DNA from: an uncultured Gemmatimonadaceae bacterium | GTDB taxonomy: Bacteria; Gemmatimonadota; Gemmatimonadetes; Gemmatimonadales; GWC2-71-9 | Reading direction: 5' to 3' | Assembly (NCBI GenBank): GCA_964629425.1 | Contig: CAZVSO010000005.1 | Coordinates: forward strand, 1 to 35,392 | DNA length: 35,392 nucleotides | Shown here: in pieces, positions 17,106 through 26,182 of the stretch | Layout: each line of letters starts with the position of its first letter | How positions within the stretch are numbered: the stretch's first letter is position 1 | The notes under the pieces: model-generated | Told to the model about the DNA's origin: nothing | Databases searched by the model: none | The model's input: the letters and a program-made list of their open reading frames with translations, nothing else | Position numbers and translations under genes: made by a program

Positions 17106-19745
17106 ATGAGCGATCCCTTGAGCGCGGTCTCCCGACTGTCGGCTGCCCTCGCCGACCGCTACCGCATCGAGCGGGAGCTGGGGCAGGGCGGCATGGCCAC
17201 GGTGTATCTCGCGCACGACGTGCGCCACGACCGCAAGGTGGCGCTCAAGGTCCTGAAGCCAGAGCTCGCCGCCGTGCTGGGCCCGGAGCGGTTTCTCGCC
17301 GAGATCAAGATCACGGCCCGACTCGACCACCCGCACATCCTGACGCTGATCGATTCCGGGGCGAGCGAGGGCTTCCTCTATTACGTGCTGCCCTACGTCC
17401 GCGGAGAATCGCTGCGCGACAAACTGGACCGGGAGAAGCAACTCGGCCTCGACGAAGCGCTCACCATCACGAAGCAGGTGGCGAGCGCGCTCGACTACGC
17501 GCACCGCCAGGGCGTGGTGCACCGCGACATCAAGCCCGAGAACATCCTGCTCCAGGAAGGCGAGGCGATGCTGGCGGACTTCGGGATCGCGCTGGCCGTG
17601 AAGCAGGCGGGCGGCAACCGGCTCACCGAAACCGGCCTCTCGCTCGGCACGCCGCAGTACATGAGCCCGGAGCAGGCCACGGGAGACCGCCAGCTCGACG
17701 CGCGCTCGGATGTCTATTCGCTGGGCGCCGTGTTGTACGAGATGCTGGCGGGAGAGCCGCCGGTGTCGGGCCCGACGGCGCAGGCCATGATCGCCAAGCT
17801 GTTGACGGAGCGGCCGACGCGCCTGCGTGTGGTTCGGGACGGCGTGCCGGAGGGTGTCGACCAGGCGGTGGCCAAGGCGTTGGCCAAGACTCCTGCCGAC
17901 CGGTTTTCCGGTGCGGGCGAGTTCGTCGCCGCGCTCCAGCACGCGACGAGGGCAGTGGCCCCGCCGTCGACTATGACGTGGCGCCGGCGCAACGTGCTGT
18001 TCGGAGTCGCCGCAGCGGTGACCGTCGTCGTCCTGGCGTTCGGGGCCTATCGCGTGATGCGCGCTCGTCCGCCGAGCTTCGCCCTGGGACGCTCCGAGCA
18101 GCTCACCGCTGACCCGGGCCTCGAGATTCAGCCCGCGCTTTCACCCGACGGGAGGGTGGTCGTATACGCCGCCGGAAACGCCGTGCGGATGCGGATCTTC
18201 ATTCGGCCGGTGGGCGGAGGCCGAACGCTTCCCTTGACGGACGATTCCACGGCCGTCGAAGCACAGCCACGCTGGTCGCCCGATGGCAACAGCCTCCTGT
18301 TTCTGGCTCGTGGCGGCGTCTCCATCGCGCCGGCACTCGGCGGCGCGTCACGACCCGTCGTGCCGGCGTCGGCCACCGCTTCCGTCGCCACGGCGGCCTG
18401 GTCCTCGGATGGCCGCGAGATCGCGTTCGTTCGCGCCGAATCCTTGCTCGTGGCTCCGGTCGACGGCGGCCCGCCCCGCCTCCTCGCGACTGCTTTCGAC
18501 CTGCATTCCTGTACCTGGTCGCCGGCCGGGAGATGGATCGCGTGCGTCACCTTGAACGCCGAGTCGGTGCTTCCCGGCATCTCGTTCGGCAATCTCGCCC
18601 CGAGCGCCATCTTGCTGTTTCCGGCCGCCGGCGGCGCTCCCGTCCGCCTGGTCGAGCCACAAGCGTTCAACCAGAGTCCCGTCTGGACGCCGGACGGTCG
18701 GCAGCTGCTCTTCATCTCCAATCGCGATGGTCCGCGCGATGTGTATGCGATGACGCTCGCGTCGTCCGGTCGGCCGCACGGCCCGCTGAATCGCCTCACG
18801 ACCGGGCTCGGCGCGATCTCGATTTCGCTATCGGCGGACGGCCGGCGGCTGGCGTACGCGGTGTATTCGGCACGGGCCAACATCTGGTCGCTGCCCATCC
18901 CGTCGGGCGCCCCCATCACGGCTGACCGCGCGATACCCCTCACCAGCGGTAGCCAGGTGATCGAAGCGATGCATGTGTCGCGCGACGGCCGCTGGCTGCT
19001 GTACGACTCGAACCTGCGCGGTAACTCGGACATCTACCGCATTCCCTTGGGCGGCGGTCCGGCCGAGCGGCTCACCGACGACCCGGCCGATGAATTCGCG
19101 GCGGATCTTTCGCCCGACGGCCGTGCCATCACGTATCACTCGTGGCGCACCGGAACGCGGGACATCGAAGTCAAGCCGCTCGACGGTGGACCCGTGGAGC
19201 GCGTCACCGCGACGCCGGCGCAGGAGAGCTACCCGCGCTGGGCCCCCGACGGTCGGGCGATCGCGTTCTTCAACCAAGTGCTGCCATTCTCCCTCTTCAT
19301 CACGCGTAGAGAAGCCAGCGGGCGTTGGTCCACCCCCATGCTGATCGGCTCGAAGATCGTGGGCAACGCCTGGTCCCCGGATGGGCTTTCCATCACCTAT
19401 GTCGAGGCCGAATCCGACAGGCGGTCCGGTGCGGTGATGGTCGTGCCGGCCGACGGTGGCCGCCCGCGCCGCGTGTTCGATCCTACACCGACGGCGCCAC
19501 CGGCCGAACAGGCCGAGTGGGGTCCCGACGGCCGGACGCTGTACTACAAGGCGCACGACTCCCAGGGACGGGCATCGTTCTGGGCGGTGAGCGCCGCGGG
19601 TGGACGACCACGCCAGCTGGTCCGGTTCGACGATCTCAACCGACCGTCGTCGCGCAGGGACTTCGCGACGGACGGGAAGCGGTTCTATTTCGCGATCGAG
19701 GACCGTCAGAGCGACGTGTTCGTGGCGGAGTTGATCTCCAGGTGA
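17106..19745 (+). CDS. Hanks-type Ser/Thr protein kinase, single TM, periplasmic TolB-like (PD40/WD40-like) beta-propeller
   Basis: Kinase motifs GQGGMATVYLA, VALKVL, HRDIKPENILL, DFGIA, GTPQYMSPEQ. TM NVLFGVAAAVTVVVLAFGAY. About 10 repeats of the (W/L)SPDGR type downstream. Confidence 0.9.
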   Translation: MSDPLSAVSRLSAALADRYRIERELGQGGMATVYLAHDVRHDRKVALKVLKPELAAVLGPERFLAEIKITARLDHPHILTLIDSGASEGFLYYVLPYVRGESLRDKLDREKQLGLDEALTITKQVASALDYAHRQGVVHRDIKPENILLQEGEAMLADFGIALAVKQAGGNRLTETGLSLGTPQYMSPEQATGDRQLDARSDVYSLGAVLYEMLAGEPPVSGPTAQAMIAKLLTERPTRLRVVRDGVPEGVDQAVAKALAKTPADRFSGAGEFVAALQHATRAVAPPSTMTWRRRNVLFGVAAAVTVVVLAFGAYRVMRARPPSFALGRSEQLTADPGLEIQPALSPDGRVVVYAAGNAVRMRIFIRPVGGGRTLPLTDDSTAVEAQPRWSPDGNSLLFLARGGVSIAPALGGASRPVVPASATASVATAAWSSDGREIAFVRAESLLVAPVDGGPPRLLATAFDLHSCTWSPAGRWIACVTLNAESVLPGISFGNLAPSAILLFPAAGGAPVRLVEPQAFNQSPVWTPDGRQLLFISNRDGPRDVYAMTLASSGRPHGPLNRLTTGLGAISISLSADGRRLAYAVYSARANIWSLPIPSGAPITADRAIPLTSGSQVIEAMHVSRDGRWLLYDSNLRGNSDIYRIPLGGGPAERLTDDPADEFAADLSPDGRAITYHSWRTGTRDIEVKPLDGGPVERVTATPAQESYPRWAPDGRAIAFFNQVLPFSLFITRREASGRWSTPMLIGSKIVGNAWSPDGLSITYVEAESDRRSGAVMVVPADGGRPRRVFDPTPTAPPAEQAEWGPDGRTLYYKAHDSQGRASFWAVSAAGGRPRQLVRFDDLNRPSSRRDFATDGKRFYFAIEDRQSDVFVAELISR

Positions 19746-22390
19746 GCCCCGACCCGACGCGCCTCGCCGCCGCCCTTGCCGACCGCTACCGGATCGAGCG
19801 CGAGCTCGGCACGGGGGGGATGGCCACGGTGTACCTCGCCCACGACGTCAAGCACGACCGCAAGGTCGCGCTCAAGGTCTTGAAGCCGGAGCTGGCCGCC
19901 GTGCTCGGCGCCGAGCGGTTCGTCGTCGAGATCAAGACGACGGCCGCGCTGCAACATCCGCACATCCTGCCGCTGTTCGACTCGGGGACGGCGAACGGCT
20001 TCCTGTACTATGTGATGCCCTTCATCGAGGGCGAGACGCTGCGGATCAAGCTCAACCGCGAGACCCAGCTCGGCATCGCGGAAGCGGTGCGAATCACCAC
20101 CGAGGTGGCCGACGCGCTGGACTACGCGCACCGCCACGGCGTGATCCACCGCGACATCAAACCGGAAAACATCCTGCTGCACGATGGCCGGCCGATGGTG
20201 GCGGACTTCGGGATCGCCCTGGCCCTGAGTGCCGCGGCGGGCGGGCGGATGACGGAGACCGGCCTGAGCCTCGGCACGCCGCACTACATGAGTCCCGAGC
20301 AGGCGACGGCCGAGAAGGACATCACCGCGCGCTCCGACATCTACTCGCTGGGCTGCGTGCTGTACGAGATGCTGACGGGCAGTCCGCCACACGTCGGCTC
20401 CTCGGCGCAGCAGATCATCATGAAGATCGTGACCGACACGGCGCGGCCAGTGACGGAGCTGCGCAAGTCGGTGCCGCCCAACGTCGCGGCCGCCGTGGCC
20501 AAGGCGCTCGAGAAGCTCCCGGCGGACCGGTTCGAGAGCGCGCGGGCCTTCGCGGGCGCGTTGACGAACGCCGTGTTCGCGCTGCCGACGTCGGCGATCG
20601 AGTCGCGCGCGGCCGGGGCGTCGTCTCCGTGGCGGGCGCGCGCCGCGGTGCCACTGGCCGCCGCCACGGGCATCCTGCTGGTCGTCGCAGCCTGGGGTTG
20701 GCTCCGCCGGGCCGAGGGACCGGTGCTCCATGCGAGCGTGCCGCCCCCCGCAGGCACGAGCTTCCTGCCCTATCCCCTGTTCCCCGCGCTGTCTCCCGAT
20801 GGTCGCACGGTGGTGTTCGCCGCCGCAAGGGGTGGGACGACCAGGCTCTACCGGCGCCCGGTTGACGGGTTTCGGACCGAAGTCCTCGAGGGGACCGACG
20901 ACGCGACGTACCCCTTCTTCTCGCCGGATGGCGCGTGGGTCGGCTACTACACGCGGGCGCGTCAGCTCCGCAAGGTCCCCCTCGCCGGCGGGCCGCCCGT
21001 CACCATCGTTGATGTCCCCTTCTGGCGCACGGCCGCGGTCTGGCGCCGCAACGGCACGATCGTGATCGCCAGCGATTTGCGGGGCCTGTACGCCGTACCG
21101 GATCACGGCGGCTCGCTGGCGCCGCTGACCGAGGTCGACACGGCCGCAGGGGAGTACCTCCACCTCAGGCCCCAGGAGCTGTCGGACGGCAGCCTGCTGT
21201 TCACGGTGTTGATGCGGGAGCGCGGGCCGATCGGCGGCGAGCATCTGGCGGTCCTCGAGCCGGGCGAGACCCGGCCGCGCCGCGTCCCCGGCGACCCGCT
21301 GCCAATTCAGGACATCTGGTCGGAGGCAACGCGGGTCACCTACGTCGAGCCCGGCTTCCTCGTTGCCCGCCCCGGCAGCGAGACGGTCGCGATGCGCTAC
21401 GACCTGCGGCGGGGACGGATGAGCGAGACGCCGGTCCCGGTGCTCGAGGGGTCGGGCGCCGTCCCCACCGTCAACCAGCAGGGCGACGTCGCCTACTACG
21501 CCTTTCCCAAGGGCGGCACCGAGCAGGCCCTGGTGCTGGTGGATCGCTCGGGATCCGCGACCCGCATGCCGGTGGCGCCGGGAATCTACTCTCACCCCCG
21601 GCTCTCGCCGGACGGTACCCGCCTCGCGATGGATCGGATCGACGACGTGTGGGTCCTGGATCTGCGCACCTATGCCTGGACTCGACTGACCACCACCGGG
21701 GAGGTCTCGGAGCCGCAGTGGTCGCCCGATGGCAGGCGCGTCGTACACTCGCGGTTCTTCGCGGGCACCGGCTACAACGGACTGGTGTGGCGCAACGCCG
21801 ACGGCAGCGGCGAAGAACACCTGGTCCATTCCGGCACCGGGGACGACTGGCCGAATGACTGGTCGCGCGACGGGCGGCACGTGGCGGTATCCGGCGGGCC
21901 GACCGGTTTCAACGTGTCCGTGGCGGACCTGGACAGCGCCCACAGCTTCCGCCCGGTGACCCGGGGCGCCACGAGCGCGAGGAACGCCAGGTTCTCGCCG
22001 GACGGCCGGTGGCTGGCCTATCAATCCAATGAGACCGGACGGATGCAGGTGTACGTCGTCGCGTTCCCCGGCCTGGATCAGAAGCGCGCTATCTCGATCG
22101 ACGGTGGGACCGAGCCGGCGTGGCGGCCCGATGGCGGGGAGCTCTTCTACCGGGATGGCGCGCGCATGATGGGGGTCGCCATTCGCACAGCGCCGACCCT
22201 CCACGTGGGGCCGCCCCGCGAGCTGTTCCGCGGAGCGTTCGAGGAGAACCAGTGGGGTGACCGCAGCTACGATGTGATGCCGGACGGGCAGCACTTCGTG
22301 ATGTTCGAGTCCGACCCGGCCTCGGCCCCCGAGCTGCGTGTCATCCGGAACTGGGTCGGGGAGCTCAGGTCCACGGTAGGCAGGCCGTAG
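19742..22390 (+). CDS. Hanks-type Ser/Thr protein kinase with TolB-like beta-propeller (paralog 2)
   Basis: GTG 19742 overlaps the TGA of paralog 1 (GTGA). N-terminus VSPDPTRLAAALADRYRIERELGTGGMATVYLA is colinear with paralog 1. HRDIKPENILL, DFGIA, GTPHYMSPEQ; TM AAVPLAAATGILLVVAAWGWL; LSPDG/FSPDG/WSPDG repeats. The 139 upstream codons in the ORF track are rejected. Confidence 0.9.
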   Translation: MSPDPTRLAAALADRYRIERELGTGGMATVYLAHDVKHDRKVALKVLKPELAAVLGAERFVVEIKTTAALQHPHILPLFDSGTANGFLYYVMPFIEGETLRIKLNRETQLGIAEAVRITTEVADALDYAHRHGVIHRDIKPENILLHDGRPMVADFGIALALSAAAGGRMTETGLSLGTPHYMSPEQATAEKDITARSDIYSLGCVLYEMLTGSPPHVGSSAQQIIMKIVTDTARPVTELRKSVPPNVAAAVAKALEKLPADRFESARAFAGALTNAVFALPTSAIESRAAGASSPWRARAAVPLAAATGILLVVAAWGWLRRAEGPVLHASVPPPAGTSFLPYPLFPALSPDGRTVVFAAARGGTTRLYRRPVDGFRTEVLEGTDDATYPFFSPDGAWVGYYTRARQLRKVPLAGGPPVTIVDVPFWRTAAVWRRNGTIVIASDLRGLYAVPDHGGSLAPLTEVDTAAGEYLHLRPQELSDGSLLFTVLMRERGPIGGEHLAVLEPGETRPRRVPGDPLPIQDIWSEATRVTYVEPGFLVARPGSETVAMRYDLRRGRMSETPVPVLEGSGAVPTVNQQGDVAYYAFPKGGTEQALVLVDRSGSATRMPVAPGIYSHPRLSPDGTRLAMDRIDDVWVLDLRTYAWTRLTTTGEVSEPQWSPDGRRVVHSRFFAGTGYNGLVWRNADGSGEEHLVHSGTGDDWPNDWSRDGRHVAVSGGPTGFNVSVADLDSAHSFRPVTRGATSARNARFSPDGRWLAYQSNETGRMQVYVVAFPGLDQKRAISIDGGTEPAWRPDGGELFYRDGARMMGVAIRTAPTLHVGPPRELFRGAFEENQWGDRSYDVMPDGQHFVMFESDPASAPELRVIRNWVGELRSTVGRP

Positions 22391-22392
22391 CC

Positions 22393-22441
22393 GTGGCCGA
22401 TCCTCTCGACCGCCCTACCGCCGCCCTCGCCGACCGCTACT
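22393..22441 (+). pseudogene. 16-codon 5' stub of a kinase paralog (MADPLDRPTAALADRY) truncated at the conserved ADRY|RIEREL junction
   Basis: GTG 22393 sits 2 nt after the paralog-2 stop, where a tandem paralog would start. The first 16 codons match the family N-terminus (..LSAALADRY), after which similarity ends abruptly. The rest of the 61-aa ORF has no kinase similarity. Confidence 0.55.
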
Positions 22442-22608
22442 CCACGACGCTTGAAACCGTCCGCCCCATAGCACTGGCCGAGATCCGGGAAGCACGCGCG
22501 CGCTATGTGGAGAGGGACTGCTGGCGCGGCGAGAGCCGGTGCGGTGAGGTCCTTGCGGGGGGTGGTCTGAGCGTCTAGACTTATATACGACTTTATAGAA
22601 AGCATGAC

Positions 22609-22860
22609 ATGGCTATTAGTATCAAGGATCCCGAGACCGACCGCCTCGCCCGCGCCCTTGCCGCCGCCACGGGCGAGTCGCTGACCGAGGCGATTCGTCG
22701 CGCGCTCCGCGACCGGCTCGAACGCGAATCGCACCGCTCCCGGCGCGGCATCGGCGTCGAAATCCGGCGGATCCAGGAGCGCCTCGCCAGGTTGCGCGTG
22801 CTCGACCGGCGAGCGCCCGAGGAGATCGTGGGCTACGACGAGCATGGCCTCCCGCATTGA
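22609..22860 (+). CDS. vapB: Type II antitoxin, VapB/FitA-like (MAISIKDPETDRLAR-type)
   Basis: MAISIKDPETDRLARALAAATGESLTEAIRRALRDRLERE is the typical N-terminus of the VapB family paired with FitB-like PIN toxins. It is preceded by an AT-rich patch (22576-22608). Confidence 0.8.
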   Translation: MAISIKDPETDRLARALAAATGESLTEAIRRALRDRLERESHRSRRGIGVEIRRIQERLARLRVLDRRAPEEIVGYDEHGLPH

Positions 22861-22863
22861 CCC

Positions 22864-23256
22864 ATGGTCATTGACACCTCGGCGATGATGGCGATCCTGA
22901 CGCGCGAGCCCGCGGCGGACCGGCTGGTGCCGGCGATTGAGGCCGACCGCACCCGCTTGGTGTCCGCGGCCACCGTTGTCGAGGCGTCCATGGTCCTCCT
23001 GGGACGCTACGGCGAGGCGGGCGACGCCCAGCTCGATCGGCTGCTGCGGGGCATCGGCGCCGAGGTCGTGCCGGTCGGCGAGGACCAGGTCGCGCTCGCC
23101 CGCGACGCCGCGCTGCGGTTCGGGCGCGGCCGGCATCCGGCAGCGCTGAACTTCGGCGACTGCTTCAGCTATGCGCTGGCGCTGGCGCGGGGCGAGCCCC
23201 TCCTGTTCGTGGGTGACGATTTCTCGCAGACCGATGTCGAGGTATGCCGGTGGTAG
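22864..23256 (+). CDS. vapC: Type II toxin VapC/FitB-like, PIN domain
   Basis: MVIDTSAMMAIL.REP, a mid-protein acidic residue, and C-terminal NFGDCFSYALALARGEPLLFVGDDFSQTDV, the classic VapC signature. Confidence 0.85.
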   Translation: MVIDTSAMMAILTREPAADRLVPAIEADRTRLVSAATVVEASMVLLGRYGEAGDAQLDRLLRGIGAEVVPVGEDQVALARDAALRFGRGRHPAALNFGDCFSYALALARGEPLLFVGDDFSQTDVEVCRW

Positions 23257-23305
23257 GTCCGCATGGCCGATGCCATCTCACCATCTTCTTGAGAGAGGTT
23301 CCAGG

Positions 23306-25981
23306 GTGACGGACGCGGTGCAGCGCCTCTCGGCCGCCCTCGCCGACCGCTACCGCATCGAGCGCGAGCTGGGGCAGGGCGGCATGGCCACCGTCTATCT
23401 CGCCCACGACGTGCGCCACGACCGCAAGGTCGCCCTCAAGGTCCTGCGCCCAGAGCTGTCGGCGATCCTGGGGGCGGACCGGTTCCTGGCCGAGATCAAG
23501 ACCACCGCCAACCTCCAGCATCCACACATCCTGCCGCTGCACGATTCGGGGGAAGCCGACGGGCTCGTGTTCTACGTGATGCCGTACGTCGAGGGCGAGT
23601 CGCTGCGGGACCGGCTGAAGCGCGAGCACCAGCTGCCCGTGGACGACGCCGTGCGGATCGCGCGCGAGGTGGCCGACGCACTGGATTACGCGCACCGGCA
23701 CGGCATCATCCACCGAGACATCAAACCCGAGAACATCCTGCTGCACGACGGGCGGGCACTGGTCGCCGACTTCGGGATCGCCCTGGCGGTCAGCCGCTCG
23801 GACGGCGGGACGCGGATGACCGAAACGGGGATGTCGCTCGGCACGCCGCACTACATGGCCCCCGAGCAGGCGATGGGGGAGCGCGAGATCACGCCGAAGG
23901 CGGACATCTACGCGCTGGGGTGCGTGCTGTACGAGATGCTGACGGCGGAGCCGCCGTTCGTGGGGGCGACGGCGCAGGCGATCATCGCGCGGGTGCTGAC
24001 GGAGGAGCCGCGCTCGCTCACGCTGCAGCGGCACACCATCCCGCCGCACGTGGAGGCGGCGGTGACGATGGCGCTGGAGAAATTACCGGCCGACCGGTTC
24101 CCGAGCGCCGCGCAGTTCGCGGAAGCGCTGAGCCGCCCCGGCGCGGTGGCGCTGCCGACGACACGTGCCCAGCCAGTGGCCCGGCTTAGGGCGTTGTCCC
24201 GGCGAGACCGGGCGCTGGCGCTGGCCCCCTGGATCGTCGCCCTGTTCGCCGCCGGCACTGCCGCGTGGGGATGGTTGGGACGGCCGCCCCGTCCGGGCAC
24301 GAGCTGGCACTACATCTCCTTCGGCGACAGTGCCGTCGTCACCACGCAGTTTCCGGCCCTGGCGCTCTCCCCCGACGGGGCGAACCTGGTCGTCAAGGAC
24401 GACATCCAGAACGGGCGGCTGTGGATCAAGCGTCGCGGCGAGCTCAATGCCGTTCCGGTCCCGGGCACCGAGCGGGCAAGCAATCCCGCGTACTCGCCCG
24501 ACGGCGAGTGGGTCGCGTTTCTGGCCGACGGGCGTCTGAAGAAAATCCGGCCCGGCGGTGGCGCGGCGATCACCCTCGCCGATTCGGCCGCTGCCCCCTT
24601 CGGTGGCGCCGCGTGGCTCGACGACGGCACGTTGATCTACGTGGGTCCGACCGGGAACGTCCTGTTTCAGGTCAACGCGGCGGGTGGCCCCAGCAGGATC
24701 GCCCTGCGCGACCCGGCGCTCGCGGGCCTCGGCCTCGGCTCTCCGGCGCCGCTGCCCGGCTCTCGGGGCGTGCTGTTCACGGTCTGCACCTCGGGATGCG
24801 TGACGATGGGTGTGCACCTGCTCGATCTGCGCACCGGACAGCGGCGGCTGCTGCTCGACGATGTGGTGACCGCGTCGTATCTGCCGAACGGTCACCTGTT
24901 GTACGTGCGCCGCGACGGTGCGGCATTGGTGGCGCCGTTCGATCTCGGCCGGCTGGAGATCGTCGGGGCCGCGGTGCCGGTGCTCGAAGGGGTGTTCGTG
25001 AACACCGGCATCACGCAGTTGGCATGGTCTCCCGCGGGGACGCTCGTGTACCTGCGCGGGACCGGCGTCGCCACGGAGCGGGAGATGGTGCAGGTCGGCC
25101 GGGACGGCACCGCGGTGCCGATCGACACGGCGTGGTTCGGCGGGTTCAACTCGTTCGCGCTCTCACCCGATGGACGGCGCCTGGCCGTGGGGGTCGGGCT
25201 GGCGAGCGGCGCGCTCGGCGTCTGGATCAAGCAGCTGGACCGCGGGCCGTTCACCCGCCTGACGTTCGGCGGGCAAGACCGGCGGCCGGCCTGGTCGCCG
25301 GACGGCCAGGTGGTCGCGTTCCTCCGGGACTCGCTCAACAACAGCAGCGTGTTCGCGCGACGGGCCGACGGCAGCACCCCCGATCGGCTGCTCGCCCGGC
25401 TCGACCGCCAGGTCCAGGAGGTCACCTGGTCGCCCGACGGTCGCTGGATCGTGATGCGCACCGACAACGGCGGCGCCGGGGCCGGCGACGTCGTCGGCAT
25501 CCGCGCCAGTGGCGACACCACGCCGGTGCCGCTCGTGGCGAGCGAGTTCACGGAGCTGCATCCGGCGGTCTCGCCGGACGGCCGCTGGCTCGCCTACGCG
25601 TCGAACGAGTCGGGCACGAACGAGGTTTACGTCCGCCCCTTCCCGACCACGACGGGTGGGCGCTGGCAGGTCTCGAACGGCGGCGGGTCGCAGCCTCGCT
25701 GGTCGCCCGACGCGCGGGAGCTGTTCTTCCTGAACGGGGAGGCGCGCCTGGTGGCGGCGCAGGTTCGGGCGGCGCCGGCGTTCGAGGTCATCGAGCTGCG
25801 TCCCCTGTTCGACGCCTCCGGGTTCACGATCGATGCCTTTCACCAATCACTCGACGTGCTCCCCCGCGGTCGGGGGTTCGCCTTCATGCGGTTGCGGCAA
25901 TCCAGCCAGACTCCGACCACAGCCCCGGTCGTTCAGGTGGACAACTGGTTCGCCGACGTGCGGGCCCGGCTGGCGCAATAA
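23306..25981 (+). CDS. Hanks-type Ser/Thr protein kinase with TolB-like beta-propeller (paralog 3)
   Basis: GTG 23306 is preceded by GAGAGAGG (23291-23298). VTDAVQRLSAALADRYRIERELGQGGMATVYLA is colinear with paralogs 1 and 2. HRDIKPENILL, DFGIA, GTPHYMAPEQ; TM ALALAPWIVALFAAGTAAWGWL; YSPDG/LSPDG/WSPDG repeats. ATG 23270 is an alternative start. Confidence 0.9.
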   Translation: MTDAVQRLSAALADRYRIERELGQGGMATVYLAHDVRHDRKVALKVLRPELSAILGADRFLAEIKTTANLQHPHILPLHDSGEADGLVFYVMPYVEGESLRDRLKREHQLPVDDAVRIAREVADALDYAHRHGIIHRDIKPENILLHDGRALVADFGIALAVSRSDGGTRMTETGMSLGTPHYMAPEQAMGEREITPKADIYALGCVLYEMLTAEPPFVGATAQAIIARVLTEEPRSLTLQRHTIPPHVEAAVTMALEKLPADRFPSAAQFAEALSRPGAVALPTTRAQPVARLRALSRRDRALALAPWIVALFAAGTAAWGWLGRPPRPGTSWHYISFGDSAVVTTQFPALALSPDGANLVVKDDIQNGRLWIKRRGELNAVPVPGTERASNPAYSPDGEWVAFLADGRLKKIRPGGGAAITLADSAAAPFGGAAWLDDGTLIYVGPTGNVLFQVNAAGGPSRIALRDPALAGLGLGSPAPLPGSRGVLFTVCTSGCVTMGVHLLDLRTGQRRLLLDDVVTASYLPNGHLLYVRRDGAALVAPFDLGRLEIVGAAVPVLEGVFVNTGITQLAWSPAGTLVYLRGTGVATEREMVQVGRDGTAVPIDTAWFGGFNSFALSPDGRRLAVGVGLASGALGVWIKQLDRGPFTRLTFGGQDRRPAWSPDGQVVAFLRDSLNNSSVFARRADGSTPDRLLARLDRQVQEVTWSPDGRWIVMRTDNGGAGAGDVVGIRASGDTTPVPLVASEFTELHPAVSPDGRWLAYASNESGTNEVYVRPFPTTTGGRWQVSNGGGSQPRWSPDARELFFLNGEARLVAAQVRAAPAFEVIELRPLFDASGFTIDAFHQSLDVLPRGRGFAFMRLRQSSQTPTTAPVVQVDNWFADVRARLAQ

Positions 25982-26182
25982 GCGAGGGGGCTCCAGCCTC
26001 GCGCAAATGGGGCGCGGCCTCATCTCAGTCAGGGATGTCGTCGCGCCTGAGTGACTGGCGGGCTCAGCCGGCGCCAACCGCCGCTCGTGGCGACCGGCCC
26101 GGCCTCCCCGTATCTTAGCCCACGCGTGACGGAATCCCTGGTGACCGGCCAGGCCGCAGTCGGCGGACAGAAGGGGCAGCGC

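Noticed and set aside
19706-22294. 862-aa minus-strand ORF antisense to kinase paralog 2 (and the analogous 16890..17942, 23165..24049 and 32122..33048 ORFs antisense to kinase domains)
   Set aside because: All are antisense shadows of strongly supported kinase genes. Their composition is biased to Arg/Gly/Asp/His, and they carry no independent motifs or start signals.
22442-22578. Remainder of the 61-aa ORF after the kinase-like stub, as a possible small protein or third TA component
   Set aside because: There is no recognisable motif or ribosome-binding signal, and the frame simply continues from the truncated stub. It is more likely non-coding cassette leader. It could be revisited if conserved elsewhere.
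15428-26000. Calling the whole TA/kinase stretch a bona fide integrative genomic island in comM/yifB
   Set aside because: No integrase, transposase, tRNA or clean att-type direct repeats are visible. The kinase paralogs look like native family members. Only local recombination scars are supported.
25982-26002. GCGAGG/CCTCGC stem after kinase 3 as an intrinsic terminator
   Set aside because: The stem is only 6 bp with a 9-nt loop and no following T-run. It is too weak to report as a feature.
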